A stretch of DNA of 64,000 nt, taken from the NCBI GenBank assembly GCA_038247415.1, contig JBBRUX010000006.1, forward strand, positions 58,730 to 122,729. The letters are read 5' to 3'. How positions within the stretch are numbered: the first letter of the stretch is position 1; each line of letters opens with the position of its first letter. The notes beneath the pieces are model-generated. The model was not told where the DNA came from. It searched no databases and saw nothing but the letters and a program-made list of their open reading frames with translations. Positions 53,465 through 63,867 of this stretch are shown piece after piece. The position numbers and the translations under genes are program-made. This DNA comes from Chitinivibrionales bacterium (GTDB lineage Bacteria; Fibrobacterota; Chitinivibrionia; Chitinivibrionales; WJKA01).

Positions 53465-55447
53465 ATGTGTGGAATTGCTGGCATAGTTGATTTTTCTTCC
53501 AATCAATCTGTTACTCCACAACGACTAACCCACATGATCGAGGCTGCGCCGTACCGCGGTCCCGATGAAATGGGATTGTATCTCGACGATTCTGCTGGAT
53601 TGGCACACGCGCGGCTAAGTATTATCGATGTGGCAGGGGGGGCTCAACCAATTCATAATGAAACGCGCACAATGTTTATAACCTATAATGGTGAAATATA
53701 TAATTACAAAGAATTGCGTTCGCGACTGGTAGCTCTCGGACATTCGTTTTATACCAACTCCGATACCGAAGTTATTGTTCATCTTTACGAAGAATATGGT
53801 ACCAGAGCTCTAGAATACCTCAATGGCCAATGGGCATTTGCACTTTGGGACGTATCAAAAAAAACACTTTTTATGGCCCGCGATCGATTGGGTGTACGAC
53901 CTTTACATTATGCACAACACAAGAGTACATTTCTTTTTGCGTCAGAAATAAAATCACTTTTTGCATCGGGCCTTCTTGTGCCTTCAATTAATGTGCAATC
54001 TTTAGATCAGGTATTTACTTTCTGGACTACGTTGCCCGGTAGAACCCTTTTTAAGGGTATACAAGAATTACCAGCTGGGCATTTTCTTATATATAGTCAA
54101 GAAGGAATGCATATTCAGCGTTATTGGGAAATGCCCCTTTATCCTCGGGATGCACAGATATCCGATTCGCCAAAAGTTATTGAATTGAATGTGCGGGATT
54201 TGTTGGTTGATTCCGTGCGGGTTCGCCTAGAAGCCGCAGATGTCCCCGTGGGAACGTATTTGAGTGGGGGACTCGATTCTTCGGGTGTAACCGCTATTGT
54301 TGCGAAAGATTTTAACCCTGCTGTTAAAACTTTTGGTATCAGGTTTGAAGATGCAGCTTTTGATGAGGGTCTTCATCAACACAAAATGGTAAAAAGCCTT
54401 GGCGTTGACCATACAGAAATAGTTGCTACGCATCAAAGCATAGCCGCTTCTTTTGGGGAAGTTGTTAAGCATTGCGAGAAGCCTTTACTGCGTACATCCC
54501 CGGTTCCATTATATATGCTTTCCAAAAAAGTGGCATCTAAGGGTGTTAAAGTAGTTCTTACAGGCGAGGGGGCCGATGAAATATGCGGTGGATATGATAT
54601 TTTCAAAGAGGCGCTTGTCAGACAATGTATTGCACGTGCTCCCCATTCGACGCTTCGTCCTAAATTACTGGAGCGATTATACCCCGATATTTTTAGAGAT
54701 GATCGAAGCAAAAAGGCGTCATCAAGCTTTTTTATGCAGGGACTGGATCAACATTCCGATATGTTCTTCTCGCATATGCTTAGGTGGAATAATGCAAAAA
54801 AACTGAAAGCGTTTTTTTCTTCTGAGGTAACCGCTGCATTGACTCAGTATAATCCCCTTGATGAGTACCGACAATCGCTACCCAAAAGCTTTGCATCGTG
54901 GCATCCATTGCATAAAGCGCAATTTTTGGAATCGGATATTTTTCTTTCTACCTATCTACTTTCGTCACAAGGCGATCGTGTTGCAATGGCACATTCGGTA
55001 GAAGGGCGCATGCCGTTTTTAGACCACCGACTTATCGATTACATGGGGAGAATTCCTCCTTTTCTAAAAATATGTGGTTTGAACGAGAAGCATATTCTCA
55101 AGAAAGCGCTTGCGCCGTATCTTCCACAAAGCATTGTCGCGCGTACCAAACATCCGTATAGAGCACCAATTCATGCGAGTATGAAATCCCTCTTGGCTAC
55201 CCCCGAAGGAGAACGTTTGCTCACAGCCAATGCCGTAGCGACGAGCGGATTGTTTGACCCCGAAAGAGTGGGTTTTCTGGTTAAAAAGCTTGTGCATGCC
55301 GATCAGGGGAGCGAGGTTGATACTATGGCACTCTGTGCAATTTTGTCAACACAAATTATCTATCACCATTTTTGTGCATCGTCATTGAATCCGAAAGAGT
55401 CTTCACGTGTTCCAACAGTATTTATCGATCACCGAAGTCGAGTTTAG
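53465..55447 (+). CDS. asnB: Asparagine synthase (glutamine-hydrolysing) family amidotransferase
   Basis: N-terminal MCGIAG; RLSIID; NGEIYN; LSGGLDSS; GEGADE. Confidence 0.93.
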   Translation: MCGIAGIVDFSSNQSVTPQRLTHMIEAAPYRGPDEMGLYLDDSAGLAHARLSIIDVAGGAQPIHNETRTMFITYNGEIYNYKELRSRLVALGHSFYTNSDTEVIVHLYEEYGTRALEYLNGQWAFALWDVSKKTLFMARDRLGVRPLHYAQHKSTFLFASEIKSLFASGLLVPSINVQSLDQVFTFWTTLPGRTLFKGIQELPAGHFLIYSQEGMHIQRYWEMPLYPRDAQISDSPKVIELNVRDLLVDSVRVRLEAADVPVGTYLSGGLDSSGVTAIVAKDFNPAVKTFGIRFEDAAFDEGLHQHKMVKSLGVDHTEIVATHQSIAASFGEVVKHCEKPLLRTSPVPLYMLSKKVASKGVKVVLTGEGADEICGGYDIFKEALVRQCIARAPHSTLRPKLLERLYPDIFRDDRSKKASSSFFMQGLDQHSDMFFSHMLRWNNAKKLKAFFSSEVTAALTQYNPLDEYRQSLPKSFASWHPLHKAQFLESDIFLSTYLLSSQGDRVAMAHSVEGRMPFLDHRLIDYMGRIPPFLKICGLNEKHILKKALAPYLPQSIVARTKHPYRAPIHASMKSLLATPEGERLLTANAVATSGLFDPERVGFLVKKLVHADQGSEVDTMALCAILSTQIIYHHFCASSLNPKESSRVPTVFIDHRSRV

Positions 55448-55462
55448 AACTAAGGAGAATCT

Positions 55463-56434
55463 ATGATTCCTTCATATCTTGCTCTCGATCCTAAAAAAGA
55501 AGTAGAGCATATCGTTGCTTCAATGCGACAGACTGCCACCCACTTTCGCCGCCGTGGTTTTGTCCTGGGGATTTCGGGCGGGGTAGATAGCTCTGTGTGC
55601 GCAGCACTCGGAGTAGAAGCAGTGGGAACGCAGCGCATGGTAACGCTGCAAATGCCCGAAACGCACTCAGAATCCAAAACACTTGAACTGAGTGGTCTGG
55701 TGGCAGAACACTTTTTGCTTCCCACAGTTATCGAAGATATCACAAGTCAATTAGAATCGTTTGGCTTTTATGAGCGCTATGCGCAGGCTATTTCGCAGGC
55801 TATTCCCGGGTATACCCGTGAGTGGAAATCCAAAGTAGTTTTGTCACATAATCCAGACGCCACAGCCATCCCCTTTTTTTATATCATTGCCCAAGATCCC
55901 CAGGGCACAATGCATAAAGAGAGGCTTTCGCTCGATGCCTATCTTGGCGTGCTTGCTGCCACCAATTTCAAACAGCGCATACGCAAAATGCTCGAGTACT
56001 ATTACGCCGATAAGCATAATTATTGCGTAATCGGAACGCCTAATAGACTTGAATATGATCAGGGCTTTTTTGTAAAGCTTGGCGATGGTGCTGCGGATAT
56101 TAAGCCTATCGCGCATTTGTATAAAACTCAAGTATACGAGCTTGCGAAATATTTAGGGGTTCCCGATATCATTGTCAGCCGACCTCCCACTACCGATACC
56201 TACGCATTGCCTCAAGGTCAAGATGAGTTTTATTTTTCGCTTCCCTACAATATAATGGACATTTGTTTATACGGAAAAAATAACGGGCTCGATAAAAAAG
56301 ACATAGCCCGCGATGCAGGTATTAGTTTAGAACAAGTAGAACACACGTTTGTGGATATTGACACTAAAAGAAAAGCAACACGCTATCTGCATACCAGTCC
56401 CATTTTGGTTGAGCCTGTTTCTGAGGTCGCATAA
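55463..56434 (+). CDS. nadE: NH3-dependent NAD+ synthetase-like protein
   Basis: GISGGVDSS; NFKQRIR; GFFVKLGDG; LYKTQVY; PTTD. Confidence 0.85.
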   Translation: MIPSYLALDPKKEVEHIVASMRQTATHFRRRGFVLGISGGVDSSVCAALGVEAVGTQRMVTLQMPETHSESKTLELSGLVAEHFLLPTVIEDITSQLESFGFYERYAQAISQAIPGYTREWKSKVVLSHNPDATAIPFFYIIAQDPQGTMHKERLSLDAYLGVLAATNFKQRIRKMLEYYYADKHNYCVIGTPNRLEYDQGFFVKLGDGAADIKPIAHLYKTQVYELAKYLGVPDIIVSRPPTTDTYALPQGQDEFYFSLPYNIMDICLYGKNNGLDKKDIARDAGISLEQVEHTFVDIDTKRKATRYLHTSPILVEPVSEVA

Positions 56435-56437
56435 TGT

Positions 56438-57277
56438 ATGACTAAGGGTTTATTACTACGATTGTGGCTGCTTGCACTGTACATTGGTATAATTGGAGTA
56501 TCCTGCAGCAATCAGCCTCGAGAAATATCTTTACCGTTGGATAGGGCTATGCTAAAAAATATTTCGCACGAATCTTGGGTTCGTTTAAAAACGGCCACGA
56601 TACTCTTGGGGCACCAATCGGTTGGGGGTAATATCCTCAAAGGAATTGTAGCCTGCACCGATTCGTTTCCAGAGCGCACACTCAACATTATTCATCTCGA
56701 AGATTCAACGCGTGTATCCGGGCCGGGATTGTATCATTGTTACGTTGGTGAAAACGAAAAGCCATTTACAAAAATAGAAGATTTCAAAAAACAAATCGAT
56801 CGCGCTGCGGGCGATACTTTGGGCGCTGCCTTTTTTAAATTTTGTTTTATCGATTTCAATGCAGCCACCGATGTGAACGCTCTTTTTAAGCAGTATAAAG
56901 AAGTTATGGATACTATTGCTCACCACAATCCTTCAATGCGCTTATTTCACTGTACTGTCCCTTTAACTACAATCTCCCGAGGAATTAAGCCACTTTTAAA
57001 AAAAATGCTGGGAAAATCCTCTGGCAACGAGGCAACTATAAAGCGTGAAGAATTTAACCAACTTATTCGGTCAACCTATGGCGCACAGAATACAGTATTT
57101 GACCTTGCGGCTTTCGAATCGACCTATCCCGATGGTTCGCGAGAGTCATTTACACGCAATGGGGTCAAAGCATATGGCCTTATTCCATTATATAGTTCTG
57201 ATGGTGGGCATTTAAATAGCGCTGGTCAGATACATTGTGCGATAGCGTTACTGTCATTTCTTGCCCGTAACTTTTAA
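56438..57277 (+). CDS. Putative lipoprotein, SGNH-like esterase fold
   Basis: Lipobox VSC; GHQSVG; DGGHLN. Confidence 0.55.
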   Translation: MTKGLLLRLWLLALYIGIIGVSCSNQPREISLPLDRAMLKNISHESWVRLKTATILLGHQSVGGNILKGIVACTDSFPERTLNIIHLEDSTRVSGPGLYHCYVGENEKPFTKIEDFKKQIDRAAGDTLGAAFFKFCFIDFNAATDVNALFKQYKEVMDTIAHHNPSMRLFHCTVPLTTISRGIKPLLKKMLGKSSGNEATIKREEFNQLIRSTYGAQNTVFDLAAFESTYPDGSRESFTRNGVKAYGLIPLYSSDGGHLNSAGQIHCAIALLSFLARNF

Positions 57278-57299
57278 CTAAAGAGAAATACATTCCTGT

Positions 57300-57935
57300 A
57301 TGGAAAAAATAGCATCTCTTTTTCGCATAGACCTTGTGAAATTTTATCAAATCGATTGCGGTACAAGCAAGCCTTCTTTTCGCAAGAAGGTTGATGTATG
57401 GGTTAATAATTTCGGATTGCAGTGCGTATGGATTTATCGCAAACATCACGATTCATATGTGCTATTCAAGAAAAACCCTCTGCGTGGCCTCTTTCCATTT
57501 TTGGTGTGGTCGAAGCTTAACTTTCTTGTCAAGTTTTTTCATCATGTCAATATAGAGGCTGCAACTTTTGGCCCGGGGCTTTATATAGGCCATGTGGGGT
57601 CAATTTATATTGGCCGCGCTACCATTGGCGCAAATGCGAGTATAACCCATAATGTCACCATTGGAGTTGGGCACTCTAGCGGCAAAGAAGGTTTGCCAAC
57701 CATCGGAGATAACGTCTGGATTGGCACCGGGGCAATAATAACCGGTGCTATAATTGTTGGCAATAATGTTACTATCATGCCCGGAACGGTTTTATCGCGC
57801 GATGTCCCCGATAATGCCTTAGTGAGCGGAAACCCTGGGAGAGTGGTTCTTGCACAGTTTGATAATGCGAAGATGTTTGGTGAGAAGAATAAGGAATCGT
57901 TGGAAAATGAAGGGCCAAGCGCTTTTCAGGTGTAA
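57300..57935 (+). CDS. Serine-acetyltransferase-like hexapeptide O-acetyltransferase
   Basis: GPGLYIGH; PTIGDNVWIGTGA; DVP-GNPG. Confidence 0.88.
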   Translation: MEKIASLFRIDLVKFYQIDCGTSKPSFRKKVDVWVNNFGLQCVWIYRKHHDSYVLFKKNPLRGLFPFLVWSKLNFLVKFFHHVNIEAATFGPGLYIGHVGSIYIGRATIGANASITHNVTIGVGHSSGKEGLPTIGDNVWIGTGAIITGAIIVGNNVTIMPGTVLSRDVPDNALVSGNPGRVVLAQFDNAKMFGEKNKESLENEGPSAFQV

Positions 57936-58124
57936 GAGCAAGTATCTTTCCTTGGACTGAGTATGTGTAAATTCATTGCTGCTCTGTCCGCTAAATTGGG
58001 GGTTGATAATAGCCAATTGAGGCGGTTAGCGATCCTTCCTGCGTAAATTACCACTAACGTGTTCTTGCATATCCTGAATTCCCCTTAGTTTTATTTTGAT
58101 TAAATGAATTTTGAACATTTTTTC

Positions 58125-58153
58125 TTGACTACCCGGAACGAAGTAGCTATATT
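58125..58153 (+). promoter_or_regulatory. Putative sigma-70 promoter
   Basis: TTGACT-N17-TATATT upstream of the ORF at 58240. Confidence 0.45.
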
Positions 58154-58239
58154 ATCATAGTAAGCGATACTTTTAACAGATACACACGTGCCCAGAGAGA
58201 ATTAAAACTTCTGGGCTGACGATTAAATCAGGGAGAATA

Positions 58240-59733
58240 ATGACTCTGAAACGACTAGTACAACATAGTATGTGTTTTGCAGTAGCTTTACAAGGTGTCG
58301 TACTAGCTTATCCGTGGGAATGGGCTGCCCAGGCTGGAGGTACACCAGGATACTATGGCAATTTTGGCACCTCGGTTAAAATTACTCCTTCGGGTGATGT
58401 CCTTTTCACAGGTTCATTGGGTAGGGAAGGGGCATTTGGATTTGACTCGGTGCAAGAGGGGACTTTTCATTCTGTATTTGGAATGTATTCATCATCTGGC
58501 TTAGTAAAGTGGAAGAAAGATAATCTTGTATCCCAATTAAAACCAATAATTAATGTTACAGAAACAAAAGTTTATTATATACCGGAGCCATCGAATCAGA
58601 TTCAGAAGTTTTCTTTTTCAGGTGATTCAATTGGCATAATAGATTTTTCCACTATATATGTTTTGGGGTTCGATGCTACTGGATCGGAAATTGTTATTGG
58701 CGCTCTTGAAAGAGATACCTTGAACTCGAGTAGGACAGTTTCTGAAATTGCAAAAATAGACAATAGTGGAAAAATCCTTTGGAAAAAAGAAATAGGGTTA
58801 TTTCCATCTTTGCGTATTTATTCAGTCTCTATCTTGGAAAATGGGAGAATTCTTGGATTTGGTGAATGGCAAACCAATGGCGATGGAGATTCTCTTGAAA
58901 TTTTTAATCAAAAGATTCTCCCGAAAACCGATTCAGCAAACATTGTACTATGTCTTGATTCAAACGGAACTTTTCTCTGGCAAAAGGTTTTTGAATCTAA
59001 TCGAGTAGATTTTTTTGCTGCTAAAAGCTTCGGCCCCACGCAATTTTTTATTACAGGATCATTTAGGGATGGCGCTGTGCTTGATAATCAAGTTCTCCAT
59101 GCGCAAGGGAGTACCGATATTCTTCTTGCCAGTTTTAATAACAATGGAACATTGATCTTTGTAAAGACTTTTGGAAGTCCTGCCTATGACGATGCCTGCA
59201 ATGGATAAGAGATCGATTCACACGGCACGCTCTGGCTTACAGGAAAAACGGGGGACTCAACGGTTTTGGATAATCGATGGATTCGAACCGCAGGATCATG
59301 CGATGCATTTGCATTTTCATTCGATAAGAATGGTGCACCGCTTTCAACCTCACTTTTGGGCAGCCCAACATTTGATGAAGGGCTTGCCATTTCATGCAAT
59401 GGAAACAAGGTAGCAGTTGCGGGCTATTTTAGCGGTTCTATACAGACAGGATCAATCTTTTTGGGAGGCCAACCAGCCACGTGCTTTGATATGTTTGTGG
59501 CATATCTCAATCCTGGTGCTGCAATGCCTTTTAGTCAATTGCCTCTCTATCCTTTAGCACTCAAGAATAAGCTTGTATACAGGACAAATCTTGCAGCATC
59601 CAAAGTAGGAGAAGTTTATGATTTTAAAGGTCGGAAGCTTGTCGGGCATATACATGGCTATCAAATAAAACCGCAGGTTAGCATTATCAGAAAGGATGGC
59701 ACATGGAGCACAAGCATAGCCGTACCGCACTAA
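58240..59733 (+). pseudogene. Secreted beta-propeller (SBBP-like repeat) protein interrupted by an in-frame TAA at 59206-59208
   Basis: Signal peptide; D-x-G-x-x-W repeats; DDACNG*EIDSHGTLWLTG continues in frame into ORF 59266-59733. Confidence 0.75.
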
Positions 59734-61562
59734 AGATACATAGTGTGATGAGTCAAGTAATAGGTGTTGTTTTTTTTGGCTTGGCTTCGGTTTCTAGCGC
59801 GGCCGATGCTGATATACAAATCCATCAATTCAAGAACGCTTCTATCAGGTGCGATTATCTAGTTGTTGCATCAAAGGCCTTTGTTCCAAAAGCACAGACC
59901 TTGGCTGCGCATCATAATGCATTTGCCTACGATGATGTTTTATATGGGCGCGTTGTAGATCTTGACCTGATTTACAAAGAATTTTATGAGACAGATACCA
60001 CTAAAGTATTCATGACTATTCATAAAGCATTTAAATGGGCTTTCCAAAATTGGAAGATTGCTCCTCGATATATTGTCTTGATGGGGGATGATTCTATTGG
60101 TGCCCAACGTGCAAATCCTGCGCAATGGAATCGAGGGCCAATGCCATCATATGCATGCATGGCTGTTTCGACGAGAAGCTTTTATAATCAAAGCACAGGT
60201 CAATATGACAGTATTGGGCTGGATAGTACATTTACATTCTCGGACATACACTATGTCAGCATGTTGGACACTGCTCCAGAGTACCAATCAGAGCGGTTTC
60301 CTGTTGCTATTGGTCGAATTCCATGCGAGACAATAGAACAATGCAGTGTATATGTAGATCGCGCAATTCAATATGATACTTCGCCCTTTAGAGGTATGTG
60401 GCGTAACAATGCAATTTTCATCACAGATGATGCTTTCCAATTGATACAGTTCGATCCAATTTCTCATATAGAAAGCTCTGATTAAATCTGCCGCAATCTC
60501 TTTGGGTCTTATTTTTGTACGAAGGTTTATCTGGCCAATTATTCCAGAAATCTTGAGTATGAAAATCCCCTTGCAAAAGATGACTTTTATAGTTTGGTAG
60601 ACAAGGGGGCAATGTGGACAACCTGTTTTGGCCATGGGCATGAAACTTTTCTGAGCGATGAGAAAGTTGTAAGAGCCGATGAAACAAACCGATTGCGCAA
60701 TGGGAATATGCGAGGGATGTTTTGTTCATTTTCCTGTTCAAATGGCGCATTTAATTATCCGTTTGAGCAATCAATGTGCAAACAATTCTTGTTTGCGCCC
60801 AAGGGCGGCTATATTGGGTATATTGTAGCAACAACTGTTAGCTATGCAGGTTCAAATACAAATCTTGCCCAAGTATTATTTACCAACCGGGATAGCTTAA
60901 ATGCACTAAGCTTCGGGCGCATGTTTATGAATGCTCTATACAATAACGATTGGAATTATAATTTCCTTGGCGATCCTGCATTGCGTCCCTATCCCAAGCA
61001 CGATACATTAGGTTATCAAATTTCAGAAAACTATGTTTTATGTGAAGCGGGAGCTATGGTTGTTGGAAGCCATTATGGGTATCAATGGATTAAAAGCGAG
61101 ATTGTGCATCCCATGGGGGACATAAATAGATCATATTAACGCGATAGTAGTATAGCTCTGGGAGAAGGAACTGTAACAAGTTCCACTTTCAGCATTGCGA
61201 CGCAGTCAAGAGATTATGATATGCGCTTGGTTGCATACGCCTGGAATGATACTACCGAAGCGCGCATATCTATTGAATTGCCTTCAATAACGGGGATTTC
61301 GTCGAGTCGTCAGGGGTCATCTCTTTCGGCACAGTCGTATCATATCAAAAAGAATATGTTTGTTTTGCCCACTACGGGAGCATTGAAGTCTGTAAGCATT
61401 ATGTCAACTAGTGGCCGTTTGCTTTATACTATTCCTATTATGCAAGATGTAAAGACTATTTCGCTTGATAATGGTAAGGTGCCTGCTGGGATGTATCTTG
61501 CAGAAATTCGTGGGCGAGATGCAAAGACAGTTGCGAGGGTTCCTTGGCTGAAGGTGAGATAG
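59703..61562 (+). pseudogene. Peptidase C25 (gingipain-like) with C-terminal sorting domain, interrupted by in-frame TAA at 60483-60485 and 61137-61139
   Basis: PRYIVLMGD; AIGRIP; FGHG and SCSNG catalytic His/Cys; NFLGDPAL; GMYLA tail; three ORFs in one frame. Confidence 0.8.
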
Positions 61563-62003
61563 GGTTATTAAGCAAGCAAAAACAGTGCAGCCTAAACTTT
61601 AATGCAGACATTGAAAGGCTTAATTAACTAAGATCGCACAATAGTAATGGCAATCGTTTTTTTTCCACCTGTTACCCTTGTTCGTACGGTTAAGTGCGGT
61701 TTGGCCGAGTTATTTGTTCCTTAGAAGCCTTTCGGCTAATAGCCCCACTTCAGGATAAATGAAATTCGCACACCTCTATTCTGAGGTATCTTTCCCTCTC
61801 ATATTCGTCCTACCCATCAGTCCAAAAAGCAAATAAACGATACTATTTAATTAAGATTCTTCACTAAGAGACCTTATATTAATCTCATCATCTTGTTACG
61901 TGCATCAGCGCTATTTGTGTGCACTTTTCATTGTTACAATTCCAACAGAACACTTGAGTTACACACACCATTCATGTAAGATATTTTGATCAAAGGGGGG
62001 GTT

Positions 62004-63167
62004 ATGAAACGTATTATAGGGTATTTTTTGATTGCTGCTTGTGTGTCAACGGTTTCAGGGCGGGTTCCAGCTGAGCTCAAAGCCGACCTGAATGCGATCA
62101 AGCCAGCCGGGTGTACCAATATCAAAATGGTGTATATCAAAGCGACAAATGGCTTTCAGGAATTTGCTATGTCGACACAAGGCGCGGTTGTCTGGGTAGT
62201 GAGTATCGATGAGCCAAAACCGCGCCGAATCTATCCTACAGTTGGATCGGCGAACTGCTTCAATGTCAACCTTACAGCCGATGGAAAGAGGGTTATCATC
62301 TGGAACAATGGGCGTGGACAGATGGTTGTTGTCAACTGGGACGGCACGAATGCACAAACTTACAACATCAGTGGAACGATCACCGAATACTGGCATGCAC
62401 CCGATGGCAGCGACTGGGCAATTAATAGCAAGGGTGGTACCGATGTCGAGCGTATTAATATCGATAGCAAAGCTGTTGTCACGTATTCTCTGGGTTCCGC
62501 TTCTCCCCAGGTCGATAATGGAAGCGCACCGGTAAACATGTCGGATGATGGGAAATATTTGCTCCTTCAAAACACGGTGAGCTCTACGTTTGGGTTGTGG
62601 GACATAGTCGCGAAAAAGTACAAAGCTGGCCCCGGCGGATGTCAACCCTCCATGCGGGCGGGTAGCTCAAATCAATATAATGTCAATATCAGCGGGCATC
62701 ACTCAATGGGAATCAATAACCCGGATGGAACGGCCTTCATGGCATATAGGACAGCAGATACGGCAACTACCTATATCAAGTCAAAGAACCTTTATGGACC
62801 ATGCAATAATGGTGATGGCATCACACAGGAAGGGACCCGTTTTACCCAGCATCCAGATTATGTCACATTTTTTCTCTCAAACTCCAAGGCTAACCCCATA
62901 TTGTCAAGGTTGCCTGATATGAAGCCCGTGTATATCGAGGATAGTCTTGACTGCAACTTTGTGGGCGACATGGATGCGGTGTTTATTGGCGCCACTTCTC
63001 CAAAGATCAAGCATGATATTGCAAAGAGTGTATCAATGAATACCGCTAAAAATGCTCTCGTATACTCGATACAAGGCCGTCGTATAGATCAAGCATCGTT
63101 ACGCGGAGCAGGAATTGTGCAAGCTGCGAATGGGATTGGCGTGCAAAAAGTTATTAGCATTAAGTAA
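62004..63167 (+). CDS. Secreted hypothetical protein (TolB-like beta-propeller) with a short C-terminal sorting-like tail
   Basis: Signal peptide after a G-rich RBS; ADGKRV, PDGSDW and DDGKYL blade motifs; VYSIQGRRI tail. Confidence 0.65.
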   Translation: MKRIIGYFLIAACVSTVSGRVPAELKADLNAIKPAGCTNIKMVYIKATNGFQEFAMSTQGAVVWVVSIDEPKPRRIYPTVGSANCFNVNLTADGKRVIIWNNGRGQMVVVNWDGTNAQTYNISGTITEYWHAPDGSDWAINSKGGTDVERINIDSKAVVTYSLGSASPQVDNGSAPVNMSDDGKYLLLQNTVSSTFGLWDIVAKKYKAGPGGCQPSMRAGSSNQYNVNISGHHSMGINNPDGTAFMAYRTADTATTYIKSKNLYGPCNNGDGITQEGTRFTQHPDYVTFFLSNSKANPILSRLPDMKPVYIEDSLDCNFVGDMDAVFIGATSPKIKHDIAKSVSMNTAKNALVYSIQGRRIDQASLRGAGIVQAANGIGVQKVISIK

Positions 63168-63227
63168 ACTTAATTAACATTAAAAGGAGCTATTTAATCA
63201 AGCTTCTTAATATGCAGGTGCATTATT

Positions 63228-63266
63228 AAAATGACGTAACATAAATATGTTTGCGTCATTTTTTTT
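63228..63266. terminator. Intrinsic terminator, possibly bidirectional
   Basis: AAAATGACGTAACATA-AA-TATGTTTGCGTCATTTT stem followed by a T-run. Confidence 0.65.
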
Positions 63267-63386
63267 GTGCATTGCGTGTTTGAATTCCCCTTGCTGGGCA
63301 GTTTTTTAACACATCTCTAAAATTGGCATTGAGGGGGCGACATCAATGTTTACGCTCCAGCGGGTTACCGGATTTAAAATGCACGC

Positions 63387-63410
63387 TCGCGTACACCGTA
63401 GCGCACGCGA
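63387..63410 (-). ncRNA. Stable cUACGg hairpin just downstream of the avd-like gene (possible DGR RNA leader)
   Basis: Minus strand TCGCGTGCGC-TACG-GTGTACGCGA: 10-bp stem with G-U pairs and a UNCG tetraloop. Confidence 0.5.
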
Positions 63411-63634
63411 CTCTGGCTTAGGAAACATTATTTCATGACCCGACTGCGCTGCCAGCCGGCAAGCTGCTTTGGGACATTTTCTGCCTGCTGGTTTACAGAT
63501 ACAAACCGATTGAGGCTTATTTGGTGCATATCGTGCATGAGTCGTATGAGCAGACGAATGACTTCTATATGCTCCCTTCGGCTTAACGCCTTCGGTTGGA
63601 AAGGGCCTCGCGGTCCTGCTATTTTCTGCAGAAC

Positions 63635-63715
63635 TCAGGGGCGGACAACCCGGAAACCAATATTGAAGTTCTGGTAGTTCGGATTGACGTAGTCCCGGTA
63701 AGCCACGCTGGCAGG
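63635..63715 (-). other. DGR variable-repeat-like 3' fragment (C-terminus of an FGE-sulfatase/CLec-type target)
   Basis: Encodes SVAYRDYVNPNYQNFNIGFRVVRP*; variable positions are mostly NNC/AAY codons; followed by a hairpin at 63613-63634. Confidence 0.65.
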
Positions 63716-63728
63716 TCGAACAAAACCC

Positions 63729-63867
63729 TGTCTGAACCACAGATAATCGCTGATTACCCAGATAACGCTGATTAAGGCAGGGCAACTTTCTCTCTTATCA
63801 TTTTCTTCTCTTATCACTCTTATCTGCGAGATCTGAGGCATCTGCTGTCTAATCAGCGGTTCAGACA
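63729..63867. mobile_element. 139-bp MITE-like inverted-repeat element
   Basis: Terminal IR TGTCTGAACC/GGTTCAGACA (10/10, extending to 15/18); internal tandem CAGATAA(T)CGCTGATTA. Confidence 0.65.

Noticed and set aside
45084..61139. Genome-wide reassignment of TAA to an amino acid
   Set aside because: Most atp genes and many others end at TAA exactly where homology ends.
58075..63292. TGAATTCCCCTT 12-bp direct repeat (58075-58086 and 63281-63292) as att sites of an island
   Set aside because: Repeated 12-mers are expected by chance in 64 kb, and no integrase or tRNA is adjacent.
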